This document shows, piece by piece, positions 59,920 through 64,000 of a stretch of DNA of 64,000 bases. Each line of letters starts with the position of its first letter. Position 1 is the stretch's first letter. Under the pieces are notes generated by a model. It was not told the origin of the DNA and did no database searches. It saw nothing but the letters and a program-made list of their open reading frames with translations. Origin of the DNA: the human T2T-CHM13v2.0 reference genome, Homo sapiens; assembly GCF_009914755.1 (NCBI RefSeq), contig NC_060926.1; one strand, given 5' to 3'. A program made the translations under genes and the position numbers.

Positions 59920-60409
59920 GGAGAAGCCTAGTTTTCAGAGTCAGATCCACAAAGCTAAAAACTGTGGTTCCTGTGCTCTCTAAATTGCAGATTAGGGAAA
60001 ACTGTTTAATCTCATGTTGTTGGCACTTGCAAATTTGGACTAATAGTATTAATCTCAAAGGGTTGTGTGAGCATTTGTTGAAAGGATACATATTCACATA
60101 TTAGATAAAATAACGTGTCATAGCAACATCTCTGGTATTAAAACATTACACATGTTTACTGAGTGTGATTTCTCTTGCCAGCTCTCCTGTAGAAAAATCT
60201 AATAGAAACAGGAAAAATAAATTTCTGAAGGCTTTCCCTTTGCATATGCTGTTCCCTCTTTGCATATGCTGCTCCCCCTTGCTACTTCCGCTTTGCATAT
60301 GCTGTTCCTTTGTGTATGCTGTTCCCCTTTGCTGCTTCCCTTTCTCATCTCCTTAGCTTCTTGATTTCTTGTGATTTCAGCTTAGACACCACTTCCTTCA
60401 AGAAATTTT
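59920..60409. repeat. Direct duplication, right copy (490 bp, with extra ctttgcatatgctgttcc units)
   Basis: About 95% identical to 58653-59078, plus insertions. Confidence 0.95.
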
Positions 60410-62689
60410 CTAAAGGCTAAACTCTGTGGTCTTTCTGAAGGTTCTAGTAGCCTCTGTGTTTCATTAAATTGACCTATAATAACTCGTTTCCTTTTTAGAA
60501 TCAGACATTACACTGTGAGTTTATTGAGAATAGAAAATGTTTCTGACCTCACTATTTCCTTTCTTAATGCCGAACATAGTGACAGGCTCATTGTAAACAT
60601 CAAAACATATTCACTGATGAACTGACTCATGGGATAAAGCTACCCTAGAAGACAAATGGTAAAAATAATCCCATCGTGTCATCAAATACGATAGGCTTAT
60701 ATCTATAGTGCATAATTGTTTTATACGTTACTTGATAGTCTGTGGTTCTAATACCGATTGCAAAACATGATATCTTTGGATTACTGTCAGGTACTTCTAA
60801 CTCTGTAAGTAGGGACATTACTTAATGTCTGTACTTACTGGAACCAGGGAGAATAAGCTGTACAGGTATACTTCTGATAAGTCTAGTTCTAATTGAAATT
60901 ATAATGGTTCTGCAAGCAGATTACCAGAGGACTTTGAAAGTATCAGTGAGAGAACAAGCAGGTTTTCACTTAATTTGACTACCTATTCCTTAGACACAGA
61001 TCCAACTGGTCTTAATTGGCCTGGTTGGCCTAATGTTATTATCATTTAATCACAAATAACTTCAGATATTGGTTAACCTCATGCTTAACACCTAGATTTA
61101 AATCCAAAATGTCATGCTCACTTGTTTATTTTTATTTATACTAGTAATTCTTGTTCTAGAATAGTGAGAAGTGCCGCTATATTTGTTCTTTAACAACTTA
61201 CTTAAAGAATACTTGATTTTACTTTTACCATTATTTATCTTTGCCTCTCCTCCCTGGGCTGCTGCTGTTAAAATTAATTTGCATTTCAGACCTCAGGACT
61301 TTATATTGCTATTAGAGTTATGAAATGTTTTTACTCAGCACAACTAAGAGCTGATGTTTTCCCTCCCACTAATGGACCTTTAATTAGGCACTGTAATGAA
61401 CCATTCTGTCATTCCTTCTTTTATAGAGAGAAGATTTTGTATATGCAAGATACAATTTTGACAGAACACCAGGTCCACTGAACCTTGTCGGCTTACATCT
61501 AATAGATTCTAAATTTATTATGTTTTTGTCAGCTGTTGAATTTGTCATTTTAATGCCACTGTCCACAGACTTATTATGCTGCCAAAAAAACAGCATCACC
61601 ATACAGCAAGAATGTTTGTTGACATCTTGATCAACAACTCCTGGGGTCCAATTCTGACTATAATATTACTACTTCGGGACCTTGAGCAAGTTATTTAACC
61701 TCTGTCTAAGGATTAATTGGTTAATTTTAATAAGTGCTTTGCAGTAAAAGGTGGGAAGCGCTCTGACTACTAATAGTGATAATAAAATTATAATGCAGCT
61801 CTTTATAAAGCATCAGGCTACCTCAGACTGTGATTCTATTAAGTTGTCAATTAAAACATAAGCTAACTGAATTTATTCTTTGGAAGGATCCAAACTGCTA
61901 TACAAACTATGGCCACATAATATTTTTAAACTTAGTTTAAAAAATTAATTAAGAATACTGTTGTTTCAACTAATGAAAAGATAAAAACAAGAGGGGAAAA
62001 TGACATGTTCTATGTTGGTCTACCAATTGGGAACCAAAAGACAGAGGAGAAAATACTAGCTCTAGTTGAACCACATACAGTTACAAGATCATTGAACACT
62101 GATTAAATGTAATTTTACATTTAAAGTAAATTGATCTTAAATTGATCTTTTGTTAACATTTATTCAAATCATTTATTTTTATTTATGTATTTATTTGTGT
62201 GATTCTTTGTTCCTTTGTTCATTTGGCAAGTGCCATTGTTGGTTGTAGTCTCAAAAAGATCCCAGACAAGTAAGGGGAATGTACATAATCAACAGGTAAA
62301 AATGATCAGAGTCAGAAGAGGAGGGAGAGGTTGATTCAAACTGAGAATTTGAACAATTTCAAAAAGCAAATGGTGTTTAAGCTGAGCAGAGTCACAATGT
62401 CAGGGAAGCTGGCTCTATATAGGGAAGGGCAATTGGTGTGGTTTTACTAGAATAAAGGAGAGGCTGCAGACCTAGGATGGATAGTAATAGGGGTCTCCAT
62501 TAAGTGGGATAGTAGTGTTGTCCTTCATTTGCATGGAATCATTTGGGGTCATGACAATGGTGGAACAGAAAATAAACACACGTGAGTTAGTGGGTGGAAG
62601 TTGTGTTGAGATAGTCTGCTGTGTTGTGAGGAGGGGAATGAGAGTGGTGAAGATGTGAGCAATACATGAGAAAGGATAATTAGTGTTAT

Positions 62690-62990
<301 letters not shown>

Positions 62991-63389
62991 TAATTAGTGT
63001 TATACAATAATATAGGGATGTATGGATGTAACCAGGTTGTATTTTCATATAAACTTCTGGCCTGTGATGCACATCATTTAAGAAATAAGTTAGGCAATGT
63101 GAAAAGGAACATTGGCCTAGGGTAGGGGCATCTACATATGTCAAGGAAAGGCTAGCCTAATATGATAAGAATAAACAATTGGAAAATAAACTACTTTAAA
63201 TGTTTTCTTGCTTCTGCAGAAGAAGTCCCTCTGTACCATCAGAGGCAAGATACTAAGTGTTATGCTTGATTCTCAGATAAGCCGATGATTATAGCTTGAC
63301 TCTGTGCTGTTTCATGTAGTTCCTAAAATGACCAAAGACCTAGGCTACTTTGTGTGAAAATTCAATGATATTTAATGTAACTTGGGGAT

Positions 63390-63620
63390 GAGACCTGAGC
63401 CCTGAAGCTAAATTGGCTGGTTTGAATCTTGGCTCTCGCAAATGCTAAATAGGTAATATTCAGAAGCCTATTTATTTTTTCCTGGTGTCCTCTTCTGTAA
63501 TGAGACTAAAAACAATATCTAGTTTATTGATAGGATTAAACGAATTAATAAAACTAATGCAAAAAAGGAATTACAAGTGTCCTTGGGTGTAGAAAAATCT
63601 CAATAAATGTGACTGTGATA
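63390..63620 (+). mobile_element. MIR element
   Basis: 'ggtttgaatcttggctct...gataggattaaacgaattaataa...ctcaataaatgt'. Confidence 0.6.
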
Positions 63621-63899
63621 GAAAGCAATTTTATTGTGAATAAAATGAACTATGATTGACCTTTTGAGAATAGATACTTTGGGGCAAAGAGAGGGAGCAT
63701 GGAGATCCATTAGTAATAATCCAGGCAAGAGATACTGGTAGAATGGAGTGGTGAGAAGTATTCAGATGTTGAGTATATTTAAAGGTAAAATTGAGAGTGA
63801 AAACAGGAAGTGAAAAAAAGGGGTGGTCAAAAAAATTCAATTATTTTGGTCTGGACAGTGAGTATATTTTCTTTTAAAGAGATAGAAAAGACTATAGTA

Positions 63900-64000
63900 C
63901 AGATTGAGCATCTCTAATTGGGAAGTCTGAAATGTGAAATATTCCAATATCCAACAGTTTTGAGTGCCAACATGATGCCACGAGTGGAAAATTTCACACC
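63900..64000 (+). mobile_element. Tigger4/MER46-like DNA transposon, left end (cut by the window edge)
   Basis: TA followed by 'cagattgagcatctctaat...tttgagtgccaacatgatgccacgagtggaaaatttcacacc'. Confidence 0.8.

Noticed and set aside
58645-60097. Two nearly identical small ORFs (MNMYPFNKCSHNPL...) suggesting a duplicated gene
   Set aside because: By-product of the L1-flanking duplication over MIR-like sequence; no coding features

Overview
AT-rich primate (human-like) genomic DNA containing the 3' end of LRP1B (LDL receptor-related protein 1B) on the minus strand. I traced seven canonical coding exons by their GT-AG boundaries and codon phases (exons 85-91 by the usual numbering, which is recalled rather than derived here). 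They encode the last EGF-like repeats, the stalk, the transmembrane helix and the cytoplasmic tail with two NPxY motifs, followed by 3' UTR. The rest is large introns containing Alu, L1, L2, MIR, MaLR/ERV LTR and DNA-transposon relics plus microsatellites. The main discovery is an extra 114-nt, phase-symmetric, stop-free cassette exon at 37015-37128. It is absent from the canonical LRP1B protein as I recall it, would add exactly one more juxtamembrane EGF repeat, and is followed by a dense NOVA-type YCAY cluster. The second is a 5'-truncated L1PA element flanked by a ~430-490 bp direct duplication that looks like a giant target-site duplication. Several small inverted/direct rearrangements (template-switch signatures) are scattered through the introns. 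Repeat subfamily names and the boundaries of old repeats are approximate.
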